Positions 46,554-55,522 of a stretch of DNA of 63,683 nt are shown one piece after another. Under the pieces are notes generated by a model. The model saw nothing but the letters and a program-made list of their open reading frames with translations, had not been told where the DNA came from and searched no databases. The stretch's first letter is position 1. Each line of letters begins with the position of its first letter. The DNA comes from a virus (lineage: Duplodnaviria; Caudoviricetes). The stretch spans positions 1 through 63,683 of IMG/VR virus record IMGVR_UViG_3300021420_000031. One strand, written 5' to 3'. The position numbers were made by a program, and so were the translations under genes.

Positions 46554-46626
46554 TCGACTTCGCCGAGATCGCAGCCCATGCTGCCGCGCTCAAGCATTTC
46601 GTCTGGGTCGAAGGCGTGCCGGCAGG

Positions 46627-46992
46627 ATGAGCGGCGAGATTGTTCAATCCTGGCTGGGAACGTTCTTCCAAGCCGTAACCGCTGTCGGGGTTATGTATGC
46701 GATTTGGACCGGCGTGCAGGCCAAGCGTGCCGCCGTATGGGCCGCGCACCAGGCCGAAGATGCCGCTGTCGCTGCTGCCAAGCATGCAAACGAGAACGTT
46801 ACGGCGCTCGGTCAGGTCGCCGAGAATGTCCAAAAGATCGAAATCGCCACCAATTCGATGAAGGATGCGCTGATCCACACGACGGCCATCGCCTCCGATC
46901 TTGCTGGTGAGCGGCGTGGTATCGAGATAGGGCGTGCCGCCGCGGAGAAAGCGGCTGACGACTTGCGAAATGCTCCGCTAAAGGAGGACTGA
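46627..46992 (+). CDS. Single-TM coiled-coil protein (lysis region)
   Basis: N-terminal TM followed by an Ala-rich helix. Confidence 0.65.
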   Translation: MSGEIVQSWLGTFFQAVTAVGVMYAIWTGVQAKRAAVWAAHQAEDAAVAAAKHANENVTALGQVAENVQKIEIATNSMKDALIHTTAIASDLAGERRGIEIGRAAAEKAADDLRNAPLKED

Positions 46993-46995
46993 GCC

Positions 46996-47148
46996 GTGGA
47001 TTTGATCCTAGTCGTCATCGTGCTGCTGCTGATCTTTGGCGGGGGCTTCGGCTATTCCCGGTGGGGCTATGGCGGCGGCTTCGGAATCGGCGGCATCCTG
47101 CTGGTGATTCTCGTCATCTACCTGCTTCTCGGACACGGCAGGTTCTGA
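46996..47148 (+). CDS. DUF3309-like small two-TM protein
   Basis: Read by hand: AAGGAGG RBS, MDLILVVIVLLLIFGGGFGYSRWGYGGGFGIGGILLVILVIYLLLGHGRF. Confidence 0.8.
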   Translation: MDLILVVIVLLLIFGGGFGYSRWGYGGGFGIGGILLVILVIYLLLGHGRF

Positions 47149-47149
47149 C

Positions 47150-47410
47150 GTGGAGCAGAAAACCGTCACGCTCGGCGGCCAGATCGCCACATCGGCGCTC
47201 TCGCTGCTGATTTTCGCGGGCTGTCTGGTGGTGTCCTTCTATCTGAAGGATCAGCAGATGGAGTTACTGGTGGTCGGTGCTGCTATCGCGAACGCTACCA
47301 CGGTCGTCAACTACTGGCTCGGGTCTAGCAGCAGCTCCAAGGCCAAGGACGACACGATCGCGGCCACAGCAAACCGGCCTATCCTACCGGTTCCTCCGCC
47401 GCATTCCTGA
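47150..47410 (+). CDS. Putative holin
   Basis: Two TMs followed by VVNYWLGSSSSSKAKD. Confidence 0.7.
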   Translation: MEQKTVTLGGQIATSALSLLIFAGCLVVSFYLKDQQMELLVVGAAIANATTVVNYWLGSSSSSKAKDDTIAATANRPILPVPPPHS

Positions 47411-47442
47411 CCCCAAATCGTCACACCGCGAGAGCGGGCGAT

Positions 47443-47949
47443 GTGGTACAAGGTCCGGGTATGCGCTCCCGGCATCACCCGAGCATCAAATCGATCATCG
47501 TCACTCCGACGCCGCCCTTGCGAATCTCCGATAGGGCGAAACGAGGCACGGTAGTCGGCTTGATCTCGGTTCAAATGTCCGATGGGTCGCAGTTCAATGG
47601 TAAGATCACGATCTCCACACACCTGATCAGAGTGAGGAATCTTCTCATGAGCCAGCTAGTCCTCTCGCGTGCACTTACGCCGACCGATGATGGCGTACAG
47701 ACTTGGACGATTACTGCCACGACCGCCGATGGGCAGTTTTCTTCGCAACTCGTCATAACCGCGACGATCGCGCCGCCGGTTGCCGCCGAGGGACCGCCGG
47801 TCTTCTCGGGTTGGCCGACGGCAGTCTCACTTGCCGATAATGCCGCAGCCGGTTCGCTCGTCGCGAGCGGCAGCCTCCTCGATTCTGATGGCACTCCGTT
47901 CAACGGTACGGTCTCGGTCGGGAGCGCGCCGCTCACCTTCGTCGCCTAA
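47443..47949 (+). CDS. Cadherin/Ig-like repeat protein (possibly truncated)
   Basis: GTVVGLISVQMSDGSQFNG and a second partial copy GSLVASGSLLDSDGTPFNG. Confidence 0.6.
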   Translation: MVQGPGMRSRHHPSIKSIIVTPTPPLRISDRAKRGTVVGLISVQMSDGSQFNGKITISTHLIRVRNLLMSQLVLSRALTPTDDGVQTWTITATTADGQFSSQLVITATIAPPVAAEGPPVFSGWPTAVSLADNAAAGSLVASGSLLDSDGTPFNGTVSVGSAPLTFVA

Positions 47950-48115
47950 CCAGGGTTTCCCCCGAAAGCGGCGTCAGCCGTTCCAGGCGTATACTTGGAA
48001 CGGCTTTTCTTTGGGGAATTATCAGGTCGACGTAGCAATGTCGCGGCCATACCCTTGACCCGCATTGCGAACGCGACCGTGACGGTTCCCCTCTCTTCAA
48101 TTCAGGAGAGAGGAT

Positions 48116-48478
48116 ATGGAAAAGGAAAGCGACGAGAGCAATTCAACCGACGAGATAGAGGTCACTCCAGCAATGGTGCGAGTGGGCGCGGAAACTATCT
48201 GCTGTCGGTGGTTGGATTTGCGCTCGAATCCGTCCGAGGTACTCTACGAAGCGGTCGCGCGCGAAGTCTTTCTTCACATGATGGCAGCGCGTCCGCGAGT
48301 CATTATCGGGGAGTGTCGCCCGGAATTACCGCCAGGATACATATGGCGGAATGAGGGTAGCTGGCTTCCTGTTGGCAGTAAGGACACCGCACCCGAAACG
48401 GGTCAGGCATCTTCTTCAACGAGAAGCCCCGCTGCCGTTCCCGCAGGTGAAAGGCCTGGCCGCAATTCGCTAGGATAA
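48116..48478 (+). CDS. Hypothetical protein
   Basis: AGGAGAGAGG RBS; IEVTPAMVRVG motif. Confidence 0.6.
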   Translation: MEKESDESNSTDEIEVTPAMVRVGAETICCRWLDLRSNPSEVLYEAVAREVFLHMMAARPRVIIGECRPELPPGYIWRNEGSWLPVGSKDTAPETGQASSSTRSPAAVPAGERPGRNSLG

Positions 48479-48771
48479 ACGGGACGGCATTTCATTTTAG
48501 GCAAAGCTCCAATTGATGGGGAGCCGCCTTGACCGTCCTACGCCCTCAAGCTACCTTGGGGGTGTTCTGATCGAACGTCCCGCGCGGCTCCAACACCTGC
48601 GGGATTTGAACGGCGGAGGGACCAACCTCCGCCGTTCGTCACTCCTGCATTTACTCGTTTCGTTCCCGAGGGGAATTATCAGGACGCCGGATTGACGCCT
48701 GTGAGGGCATCATGACAAAAGCCCAATGTGAACCACTTCACACATGGCAGTGGCTGACGGATGTTAGGAGG

Positions 48772-49089
48772 ATGGCGTTGACCAAGGAGCACTGGACGCA
48801 GGTCGGCATCCTGGCGGCCGTGTTCACGGCTTTCGTCATCCCGCTTGTCGTCGGGGCCATATGGATTACGGGGCTACACGAGCAGGATATGGCTCGGATC
48901 GAGATGGTCGAGCAGCGCGTCTCGGCGGTCGAGGCAGCCAATCTGGCGCTGAAGGAGCGATTCGGCGACTTCTATCACCAATCGATGGACTTCGAGCACG
49001 AGCAGCGGCAGAACACGACGACGTTGCTCAGCGATGTCGGCGACATCAAAGCGGCCGTCGCCGGGAAAGCCAATTTGCGGCAGCACTGA
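48772..49089 (+). CDS. Single-TM coiled-coil protein, candidate i-spanin
   Basis: AGGAGG RBS; N-terminal TM and coiled coil; followed by an overlapping lipoprotein frame. Confidence 0.6.
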   Translation: MALTKEHWTQVGILAAVFTAFVIPLVVGAIWITGLHEQDMARIEMVEQRVSAVEAANLALKERFGDFYHQSMDFEHEQRQNTTTLLSDVGDIKAAVAGKANLRQH

Positions 49090-49316
49090 TCGGCTTGGCT
49101 CTCTTGTTCGGCTGCGGGCCATCGCCGGTCGCCACCACGCCAGCTCCGGCCTCTGTCCATCCTCAGCCGGCAAAACCAAAGCCCAGAGCACACGGGTACG
49201 GGTATAAGGTGCCACCCCAGGAACCGGGGCCAGACGAGCTATCCTTGGAGGACAAACTCAACGCGCTGGAGGAACAGCTCCGGGCGAGGCAGGAGCTGCT
49301 GGGGCGGGAACCGTAA
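49086..49316 (+). CDS. Pro-rich lipoprotein, candidate o-spanin (start uncertain)
   Basis: LIGLALLFG-C then a Pro-rich segment; only a CTG overlapping the upstream TGA fits as a nearby start. Confidence 0.45.
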   Translation: MIGLALLFGCGPSPVATTPAPASVHPQPAKPKPRAHGYGYKVPPQEPGPDELSLEDKLNALEEQLRARQELLGREP

Positions 49317-49483
49317 ACGGTACACACACATGGGGGAGAGGGTATACACGGTACAGACCGGAGCCGGCCGCTCACCAGCACAAGCGGCATCCGTAAAGAA
49401 ATCACGGCACGTGTGCGGCGGCGGAAGTGGGTGTGATAGCGGCAGCGTCGCGAGCGCCACGTACAGGGCTGCGGGGAGGAAGA

Positions 49484-49645
49484 TCATCGGATTATCCAGA
49501 ATAGAACCGACCCGCTTATTCCAACAAGCACACTTCCTGCTACTCCGATGTCGCTAATTATCGGGTTATAGTCATGAATTATTAGCGCAGATGCCGCTCC
49601 AACACATCCTGCCATGATAGACCAGACCATAAGGAATATCCTCAT
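49484..49645 (-). CDS. Small two-TM protein (53 aa), AT-rich
   Basis: Read by hand: MRIFLMVWSIMAGCVGAASALIIHDYNPIISDIGVAGSVLVGISGSVLFWIIR; ATGA-coupled. Confidence 0.6.
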   Translation of the reverse strand: MRIFLMVWSIMAGCVGAASALIIHDYNPIISDIGVAGSVLVGISGSVLFWIIR

Positions 49646-50148
49646 TTCTCACCGCCAGCCGCAGGCTCGGCGAGGGCGCGGATCTGCTGCTCCATCATTT
49701 CACAGCACCCCGCCATCAACTCTGTGTCGAATACCGGATGATATTTGCTAGGATGTTCAGCTACGATCTTCGCGCATTCCTCAATCGCCTCGCACCGTCC
49801 TTTAGCTTCACCTTCTCGGAACAGGATGCCGTCGCGCTCTATCCGGTCTACATCGGACGCAGGCTCGGCGAGGGCGCGCTCCGTAAGTTTCCGGGCGCGT
49901 TCTAATTGGCTGCGATTCCAGCTCTTAAAAATAGGGCCGCTCATTTGCGTGTCATATTGTGCCGCATCTCGATACGCCTGTAATTCCTCGATCGCCTCGC
50001 GCCGGCCCTCCGCGCGAGCGGTTGCTATAACTTTGATGAGATCGTTAACATCAACCGAATCTAGGTCGGCGGCATCAAAGCCGTCCCCAAACCAGCGCAA
50101 TGCCCAGCTATGGGCCATCTCCCGGTCGCTCTCGCTTGGCTCACTCAT
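49642..50148 (-). CDS. Hypothetical modular protein with internal repeats
   Basis: EGRxEAIEE and RALAEPA each occur twice; AAGGAG RBS. Confidence 0.7.
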   Translation of the reverse strand: MSEPSESDREMAHSWALRWFGDGFDAADLDSVDVNDLIKVIATARAEGRREAIEELQAYRDAAQYDTQMSGPIFKSWNRSQLERARKLTERALAEPASDVDRIERDGILFREGEAKGRCEAIEECAKIVAEHPSKYHPVFDTELMAGCCEMMEQQIRALAEPAAGGEK

Positions 50149-50989
50149 CGCGATCTCCTTCCGGCTCCGACCGCACCGCATGGATGATCTTCGGTCGAGC
50201 CCATCGCCGCTGGAAAGACCGCCACTCTGGACCAGGCATATATCGCTGTCCGGCGGCCGTCTCAGGGCGCCATAGCATCGCCATCGGCGTGAATCCGATC
50301 GACACCATTTGGCGCAGCCTCACCTCGGCAGCTGCGAACGTATCCTTCGGATATCCGATCAGCACATAGCATCGCATCCGGTGCGACTCGCGCGTAAAGC
50401 CGGCGGCCAGCATCCGCCGAGCGGCACTCTCTAGCGTCTCAAACTCATCGCCAGGATCATAAGCCCAAAACATGCTTGGCCGCGGGGTGAGGCTGGCCAA
50501 GAGGTCGACTTGGTAGTCTTCCAGCGCGCGAGCCTCCAAGCCTCCGGTGAACGCTACGCGCCGGTTCTGCTGATGTAGCATCTTAAATACAGCCTCAACA
50601 TGAGGCCGGGGACAAGCGAGGAGATTGTCGTCGAGGATATTCCAGCCGGGATGTATCGGCAGCAGGTTCGGGGTGGGCCATTTCTTCCACACGCCGCAGA
50701 ACCAGCACGTCCGAGGGCAGCCGCGTGAAGTGATCGTGTAGCCGGGCTTAACATACCGGCCGGGAATAAATTCTAGGCTCGAATCCCCATAGGCGACGCC
50801 GCCGATCTTTACCGGAGCGACAAATCGCCATTCCTCAGCAAGTCTCTCGGCAACCGCCTTATCCCACGTGAAGCTGACCGAGATGTGGACTTCATCAGCC
50901 TCAGCAAATAGGTCAGGACTGCCGACATAGGCGAGGTTGTCGTCGGGCGTGGCCTTGGTACGTCTAGGAAATACGCGGATCAGGCGCAT
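50141..50989 (-). CDS. Radical SAM protein
   Basis: TSRGCPRTCWFCGV (CxxxCxxC), LDDNLLA, YVLIGY. Confidence 0.88.
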   Translation of the reverse strand: MRLIRVFPRRTKATPDDNLAYVGSPDLFAEADEVHISVSFTWDKAVAERLAEEWRFVAPVKIGGVAYGDSSLEFIPGRYVKPGYTITSRGCPRTCWFCGVWKKWPTPNLLPIHPGWNILDDNLLACPRPHVEAVFKMLHQQNRRVAFTGGLEARALEDYQVDLLASLTPRPSMFWAYDPGDEFETLESAARRMLAAGFTRESHRMRCYVLIGYPKDTFAAAEVRLRQMVSIGFTPMAMLWRPETAAGQRYMPGPEWRSFQRRWARPKIIHAVRSEPEGDRDE

Positions 50990-51176
50990 TTATTTCCGCC
51001 TCCGGCTGTGCCGATCCAGCCGCGTCACAGCACGACGCGATGCCGCCGATGCAGTCGGGGCAGGGTTGCCAAGTTTTCGGTATCTCGAAGAAACCCGGCG
51101 GCCCGGGTGGAGGCACTCGCAGCCGGGCTGCGTTTACCCACCAGCCCCCCCGATCGTTGCACGTCGGACAGATCAT
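50964..51176 (-). CDS. Small zinc-finger protein
   Basis: CPTC...CPDC. Confidence 0.6.
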   Translation of the reverse strand: MICPTCNDRGGWWVNAARLRVPPPGPPGFFEIPKTWQPCPDCIGGIASCCDAAGSAQPEAEINAPDPRIS

Positions 51177-51643
51177 CCCCCGGCCTTCCTATGTTCAGCC
51201 GTATGGCACGTAATGCACAGCCATTGCACATCTAACGGGTTATCGTAACCATTATGGTGATGCGCGTGTATTGCAGTAACGCCATTCTGTTGCTTAGGGT
51301 CTTGCGTCCCGCATTTACTACACACGGATGGGCGAATTAAGAGTCCTCGGCTGATGGCAGCTCTTACTTCTTGCATTGCTTTCACTTTCTGTGGGTATTT
51401 CTCTTTCCGTATCCTCGAATGACGCATTTCGTGTTCTTTTGAGACAGACAAATGTCTCCTACGTTTTATGTACCGCGATCGTCTTATTCGATATTCATCG
51501 GTCTGGCCAACTCGCTTCATCAGATCTCGGCCATAGGCTCGTTCGCAGTAGATGCAGGAGTTACGTGTTCTGCCGGTAACTTTATTTTCGATGTAAAATT
51601 CGCATAGAGGCCAGCATATGCCACATTTTATACATGTCTTCAT
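51173..51643 (-). CDS. HNH-type endonuclease
   Basis: MKTCIKC; CSKC...HAHH...YDNPLDVQWLCITCH; AT-rich relative to neighbours. Confidence 0.8.
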   Translation of the reverse strand: MKTCIKCGICWPLCEFYIENKVTGRTRNSCIYCERAYGRDLMKRVGQTDEYRIRRSRYIKRRRHLSVSKEHEMRHSRIRKEKYPQKVKAMQEVRAAISRGLLIRPSVCSKCGTQDPKQQNGVTAIHAHHHNGYDNPLDVQWLCITCHTAEHRKAGG

Positions 51644-52035
51644 ATTCCAGATCTCGCTTTGGCGGCGGCGAAGGCCAGGACGGCGCGGACGACTTCGGGC
51701 CACCCCTCACAATGGGCTGATCCGAAATAGCAATCAGATGCTATTTTAGCGGCTTCGTCGAGCCACGGCGGATCGGCCCCGACCGGAGGAATTACAGCCG
51801 GGGCCGTCGCATTATGTCTCTCGGGTCCGCATCCTGGACTTTCTTCAATTCCCGAGTGATGTTTCTGATGTTGCATCACCTCCTTTCGCTGCTCGTCGAA
51901 CGCGCGGATAGCGTCGATCATCGCTAAAAAGCGCACGGCTATGCCGAATGCCGTTTCTCGATACGGTGGGGTATAGCATCCACAAGTCATCACCGCTTCG
52001 GTGAGCGCCTGCAGCCGCTCGTCACGGTCGGTCAT
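51640..52035 (-). CDS. Hypothetical protein
   Basis: Shares its C-terminal module with 52032-52319. Confidence 0.7.
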   Translation of the reverse strand: MTDRDERLQALTEAVMTCGCYTPPYRETAFGIAVRFLAMIDAIRAFDEQRKEVMQHQKHHSGIEESPGCGPERHNATAPAVIPPVGADPPWLDEAAKIASDCYFGSAHCEGWPEVVRAVLAFAAAKARSGI

Positions 52036-52319
52036 TTTACGCCCCGCGGCTGGGCGGCGGCGAAGGCCAGGACGGCGCGGCAGTAAGCCAATTCTCGGTC
52101 GTTATCTGCCGCCCTATTGTAAGCCGACATACCTGCGATGGCCGCCTCTCCGAGCCACGGCGGATCGACCGGACTCGCAGTCGGGGCCGACGCATCCTCG
52201 CTGGGGTCATGGACCGCACGCAAGGCGGCGGCTAGCGCGTGAAATTTGTCGGTAAACGCACCGCCTAACTCGTCGAGAGCCGACTTGATCGCCTCCAGCC
52301 GCGGGTCAGGGGCGGTCAT
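52032..52319 (-). CDS. Hypothetical protein
   Basis: DPPWL...RAVLAFAAA module. Confidence 0.7.
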   Translation of the reverse strand: MTAPDPRLEAIKSALDELGGAFTDKFHALAAALRAVHDPSEDASAPTASPVDPPWLGEAAIAGMSAYNRAADNDRELAYCRAVLAFAAAQPRGVK

Positions 52320-52555
52320 TACGCACACCAGCGAGCGAAATCTAATTCGACTGTTTTTAATGCCTCAGTCGCGCACGCGGACGGATCAGCGCATTCCCTT
52401 TTGCTGATTGCCGCCAAAACTCGTTTATGAAGCTGATCTTCATAGAGATGGGCAACTTCATCATCACAAGCAGATTTAGCGATTTCGGTTACAGCAACGC
52501 GAACCCACTCTGGCGTTACTGGTGTAGTCATATCGATCTCGGGTCGAAAGCTCAT
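52319..52555 (-). CDS. Phage hypothetical protein
   Basis: DDEVAHLYEDQLH...FARWCA; GGAGG RBS. Confidence 0.7.
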   Translation of the reverse strand: MSFRPEIDMTTPVTPEWVRVAVTEIAKSACDDEVAHLYEDQLHKRVLAAISKRECADPSACATEALKTVELDFARWCA

Positions 52556-52577
52556 CCCACCCTCCATTTCAGCGCGG

Positions 52578-54077
52578 TCATTTCGCCTCCGCTTGCTGTG
52601 CGATCTCGCGGTATTGCGGGCGCATCGGGCGGGCGAGGTCGCGTTCCAGTTCGGTCAATCCGAGCCATGCCTTGTCGAGCGCCTTCTGTCCCTGCTGCGC
52701 GGCGGCAGTGAGCTTGCGGCCCAGCTCGCCCACGATATCGGTTGCGGGGCTTCCACCCGCTTCCACGGCGTTCGTCCGCGTCTGCCCGTCGCCTTCACCA
52801 CGGGCCCCGGAGCGGCGCCCTCCGCCGGGCGCAAGCCGGGCATGGGTCTCGCTGGAGCTTCCAGCCAGATCAGCGGCCTCGCTGTGGGCCTCCCTGGGTT
52901 TCGGCTCCGGGTCAGCGACCGCCGCCCGCTCGGGATTCTGTGTGGCAGCGTCAGCGGCCCGGCTTTTGCCGGAACCGCCTCGCGCACGCACCGCCTCTCC
53001 CCCGTCGGGCGGCGGATCGCCTATGTTCACGGCAGAAGCGAGCGTTTTGCCCGTCTTGGGATCGCGAAACGCTGCGGTGCCTGGAGGCATCGCCTCATCA
53101 ATTCTGATAGGGATGCCGGCATATTCGGGGGCGGCAGCGAGCACGCTTGGTAACGGCTTAACCTCATCAGCCGGGGGAGGTGCCGATTGCGGCTGATCGG
53201 TCACCTCCCGCCCGGCCTCCGGCGGACCACCCGCCTGAGCTTGTTCGTCAGCTTCCACGGCGCGATTCCGCAATGCCTGCGCCAGATCGCCAAGCTTCTC
53301 CTGATCGAATTTCGGCAATTTTTCCCACCATGACCAAAATGCCACAGAGCCGCGGTCGGCGAAGAATTTGGCGTCTTCAATCAATTCGGTCGGATATTCA
53401 ATCCAACTTCCCTGATCTCGTTCTGTCGCGGCGATTGGAACGTTTGTCTTGCGCCCGGCGCCTGGCTTGAAATCGTCGATCGTGGGACGGGGCGGCGTCA
53501 CGTCCTTTAGCGTGTCCTCGAGCTCGTCAGCGGTCGGCATCCCGAACATGACTTCGGGCGCATACAACCGGATCAGCCATGCTGCCGAACGCCACCGCAG
53601 CATCTGGCGCTGCATTCCGAGGGTCGCCCAACGCGCGTGAGTTTTCTTTTTGTTGCCGTCCTTGCGGTCAATGAATGTCGTCCAATCGCTGTCGACCGCC
53701 GTCTTCAGGTCGATCTCGATCTCCACTGGATCTTCGGTGGGATACTCGGTCAGCTTGGCGAAGCAAGTCTCGGACGGGTTAGCGTCTGTGCCGCCGGAGC
53801 GCCAGCGCAGCGGGCCAAGAAATTTGCCTGACGTGTTGGCGCGGGCAACCATGTATTGCGTGATCCAGCCGGCGCGACCATGCACGAAGAAGATATTTTG
53901 CATCACCATAAGCGGGTTTTCGCCCATCTGTTCGGCGAGCAGCAGCGCCACCGTGCAATTCGGCACGCTGTCTCGCATAGCATCAGGGACGAGTTCTGAT
54001 TTGCAGAACGCTCCGGCCATGCGCTGGATCATCGCCCAGCGGTCGGGGTTGATTTGAGCGAGTGCGGTTCCTGTCAT
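52578..54077 (-). CDS. RecT-like single-strand annealing protein with long disordered C-terminus
   Basis: SELVPD...NCTVA...MGENPLMVMQNIFFVHGR...QMLRWRSA...YAPEVMFGMPTADE. Confidence 0.8.
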   Translation of the reverse strand: MTGTALAQINPDRWAMIQRMAGAFCKSELVPDAMRDSVPNCTVALLLAEQMGENPLMVMQNIFFVHGRAGWITQYMVARANTSGKFLGPLRWRSGGTDANPSETCFAKLTEYPTEDPVEIEIDLKTAVDSDWTTFIDRKDGNKKKTHARWATLGMQRQMLRWRSAAWLIRLYAPEVMFGMPTADELEDTLKDVTPPRPTIDDFKPGAGRKTNVPIAATERDQGSWIEYPTELIEDAKFFADRGSVAFWSWWEKLPKFDQEKLGDLAQALRNRAVEADEQAQAGGPPEAGREVTDQPQSAPPPADEVKPLPSVLAAAPEYAGIPIRIDEAMPPGTAAFRDPKTGKTLASAVNIGDPPPDGGEAVRARGGSGKSRAADAATQNPERAAVADPEPKPREAHSEAADLAGSSSETHARLAPGGGRRSGARGEGDGQTRTNAVEAGGSPATDIVGELGRKLTAAAQQGQKALDKAWLGLTELERDLARPMRPQYREIAQQAEAK

Positions 54078-54238
54078 CGCCGTTCTCCGCACCACTTACA
54101 GACCTGATAAACCTGCATGAACATTGAACAGGCGTTCTCCCATTCATGACCTTGCTCTTCACACCGAGCCTGCATTGCGAGCTTTACATCGGGAAGATGC
54201 TGGATCTTCTCAAACTCGCGCCATTCATTTCGTTTCAT
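54074..54238 (-). CDS. Small Cys/His protein (54 aa)
   Basis: Read by hand: MKRNEWREFEK...RCEEQGHEW...CKWCGERR; ATGA-coupled at both ends. Confidence 0.6.
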   Translation of the reverse strand: MKRNEWREFEKIQHLPDVKLAMQARCEEQGHEWENACSMFMQVYQVCKWCGERR

Positions 54239-54642
54239 CCGAGTAATTCCCTGTTTTTAAGCACGGCGAGATTCACCGGCTTAGCGTGATAGGATTGCGG
54301 CTCGTAGCGCCGCGCCCAAGCACGGCGGGCGACGAGATAGGCGTGCTCGGCCACAGTCACAGCCCTCGCGCCCTGCCAGATAGCGATGATTAGCCGCCCG
54401 TCCTCGACGACGCGCTCGCCGACCTGGGCGCGCAGGGGGTACGGCGAGCGGTCGAGCAACGCGCAGCAGTCCTGTGGATCGAAATATTCCGAGTACGGAT
54501 CGCACTCCAGCCACGGGCACGGCAGGAAGATCAGCGCCGGCGTCCAGGGATGTCGGCGGCCCAAGCGGATCGCGAAGTGTCCAGGCGACGGGGCATCAAG
54601 GACCTCCCCGATCGCCGCCAGAGGGCATTCAGGAAGCGCCAT
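54235..54642 (-). CDS. Phage hypothetical protein
   Basis: PGHFAIRLGRRHPWTPALIF; ORF in the leftward operon. Confidence 0.7.
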   Translation of the reverse strand: MALPECPLAAIGEVLDAPSPGHFAIRLGRRHPWTPALIFLPCPWLECDPYSEYFDPQDCCALLDRSPYPLRAQVGERVVEDGRLIIAIWQGARAVTVAEHAYLVARRAWARRYEPQSYHAKPVNLAVLKNRELLG

Positions 54643-54706
54643 CCCCGACCTCCAGTGCATGGTATTCGGCGGCTGGCATGTCCGGGTAGAAGCCGGTCGC
54701 GGTCAT
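54629..54706 (-). pseudogene. Possible N-terminal remnant of a RecE/ExoVIII-like exonuclease
   Basis: MTATGFYPDMPAAEYHALEVGDGAS-stop; ATGA-coupled start; G.Y.D.P..EYHA motif. Confidence 0.5.
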
Positions 54707-55119
54707 GGCGCGGCCTTCTGTGCGAGCGGCACAACATTGGGGTGTTTGGTCTTCATGTGCCGTTGCACATTCTCAAAACTGCGATTGCAGCAGGGGCAGA
54801 CGCCAGCGACAGCACGACGCCTCGCTTGAAGATATTTCTTTTCTGCGGTCGCGATCTTAGCGCGTGCATCGGCTAACTCGTCTTCGAGACGTGCGGCGTC
54901 TTGTTTCAAACGGTCTCGCTCTCGGCGCACTGCCTCATTTTCGGCTTTTTCAGTACCGGTTCTCCAGCCCCACTGATGTCCGCTGGGGCAATAATAGTAA
55001 CCTCCTAACCGGCGCAGGCTCTCATAAATGATTTGGGGTACTGTATGCCACACGGAGCACGTCTGACATTGCGTAAGGACATGCCGGTCGCCTTTTATTG
55101 TGATCGTCGAGTCAGCCAA
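54703..55119 (-). CDS. Zinc-finger coiled-coil protein
   Basis: YCPSGH, coiled coil, CPCCNRSF...RHMKTKH. Confidence 0.75.
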   Translation of the reverse strand: MADSTITIKGDRHVLTQCQTCSVWHTVPQIIYESLRRLGGYYYCPSGHQWGWRTGTEKAENEAVRRERDRLKQDAARLEDELADARAKIATAEKKYLQARRRAVAGVCPCCNRSFENVQRHMKTKHPNVVPLAQKAAP

Positions 55120-55122
55120 ATC

Positions 55123-55515
55123 TCAGAACTCCACCTCAAAATCTGGCAGCGGCAACCAGCGGATATGCCAACCGGCGAACGCCTCAGCATCTCGCCAGAA
55201 GGCGCGCATCTCCTCGAAGGAGACAAACCCATCGAACCGGGCAAAGGCATTGAGATCATCAGGCCAGTCGATCGGCAGCAGGTGATTAAGCAAGAAGACA
55301 GAACGCTTATCGAAGGCGATTACGATCGGCTCGACCGCGAAGCAACGCCTGTCGCAGATCCGCCGGCAATATTTGGTCCGCATCCCGGTGAAGAGTTGCA
55401 GCATCTCGCCAGGGCGCGCGTGACCTCTCCCGCCTCGCGCCGCGCGGATTGTGCCACCCTTGGTGCCGTCCAGGATCGGCTCGGCAAAGCGAGCCTTAAA
55501 TGAGTAAGCGACCAT
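55123..55515 (-). CDS. ASCH/PUA-like domain protein
   Basis: YSFKARFAEPILDGTKGGTIR...PGEMLQLFTGMRT...FARFDGF. Confidence 0.75.
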   Translation of the reverse strand: MVAYSFKARFAEPILDGTKGGTIRAARGGRGHARPGEMLQLFTGMRTKYCRRICDRRCFAVEPIVIAFDKRSVFLLNHLLPIDWPDDLNAFARFDGFVSFEEMRAFWRDAEAFAGWHIRWLPLPDFEVEF

Positions 55516-55522
55516 TACAGCA

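Noticed and set aside
47950-48060. Frameshifted continuation of the cadherin-like ORF
   Set aside because: Only vague similarity and no slippery site seen.
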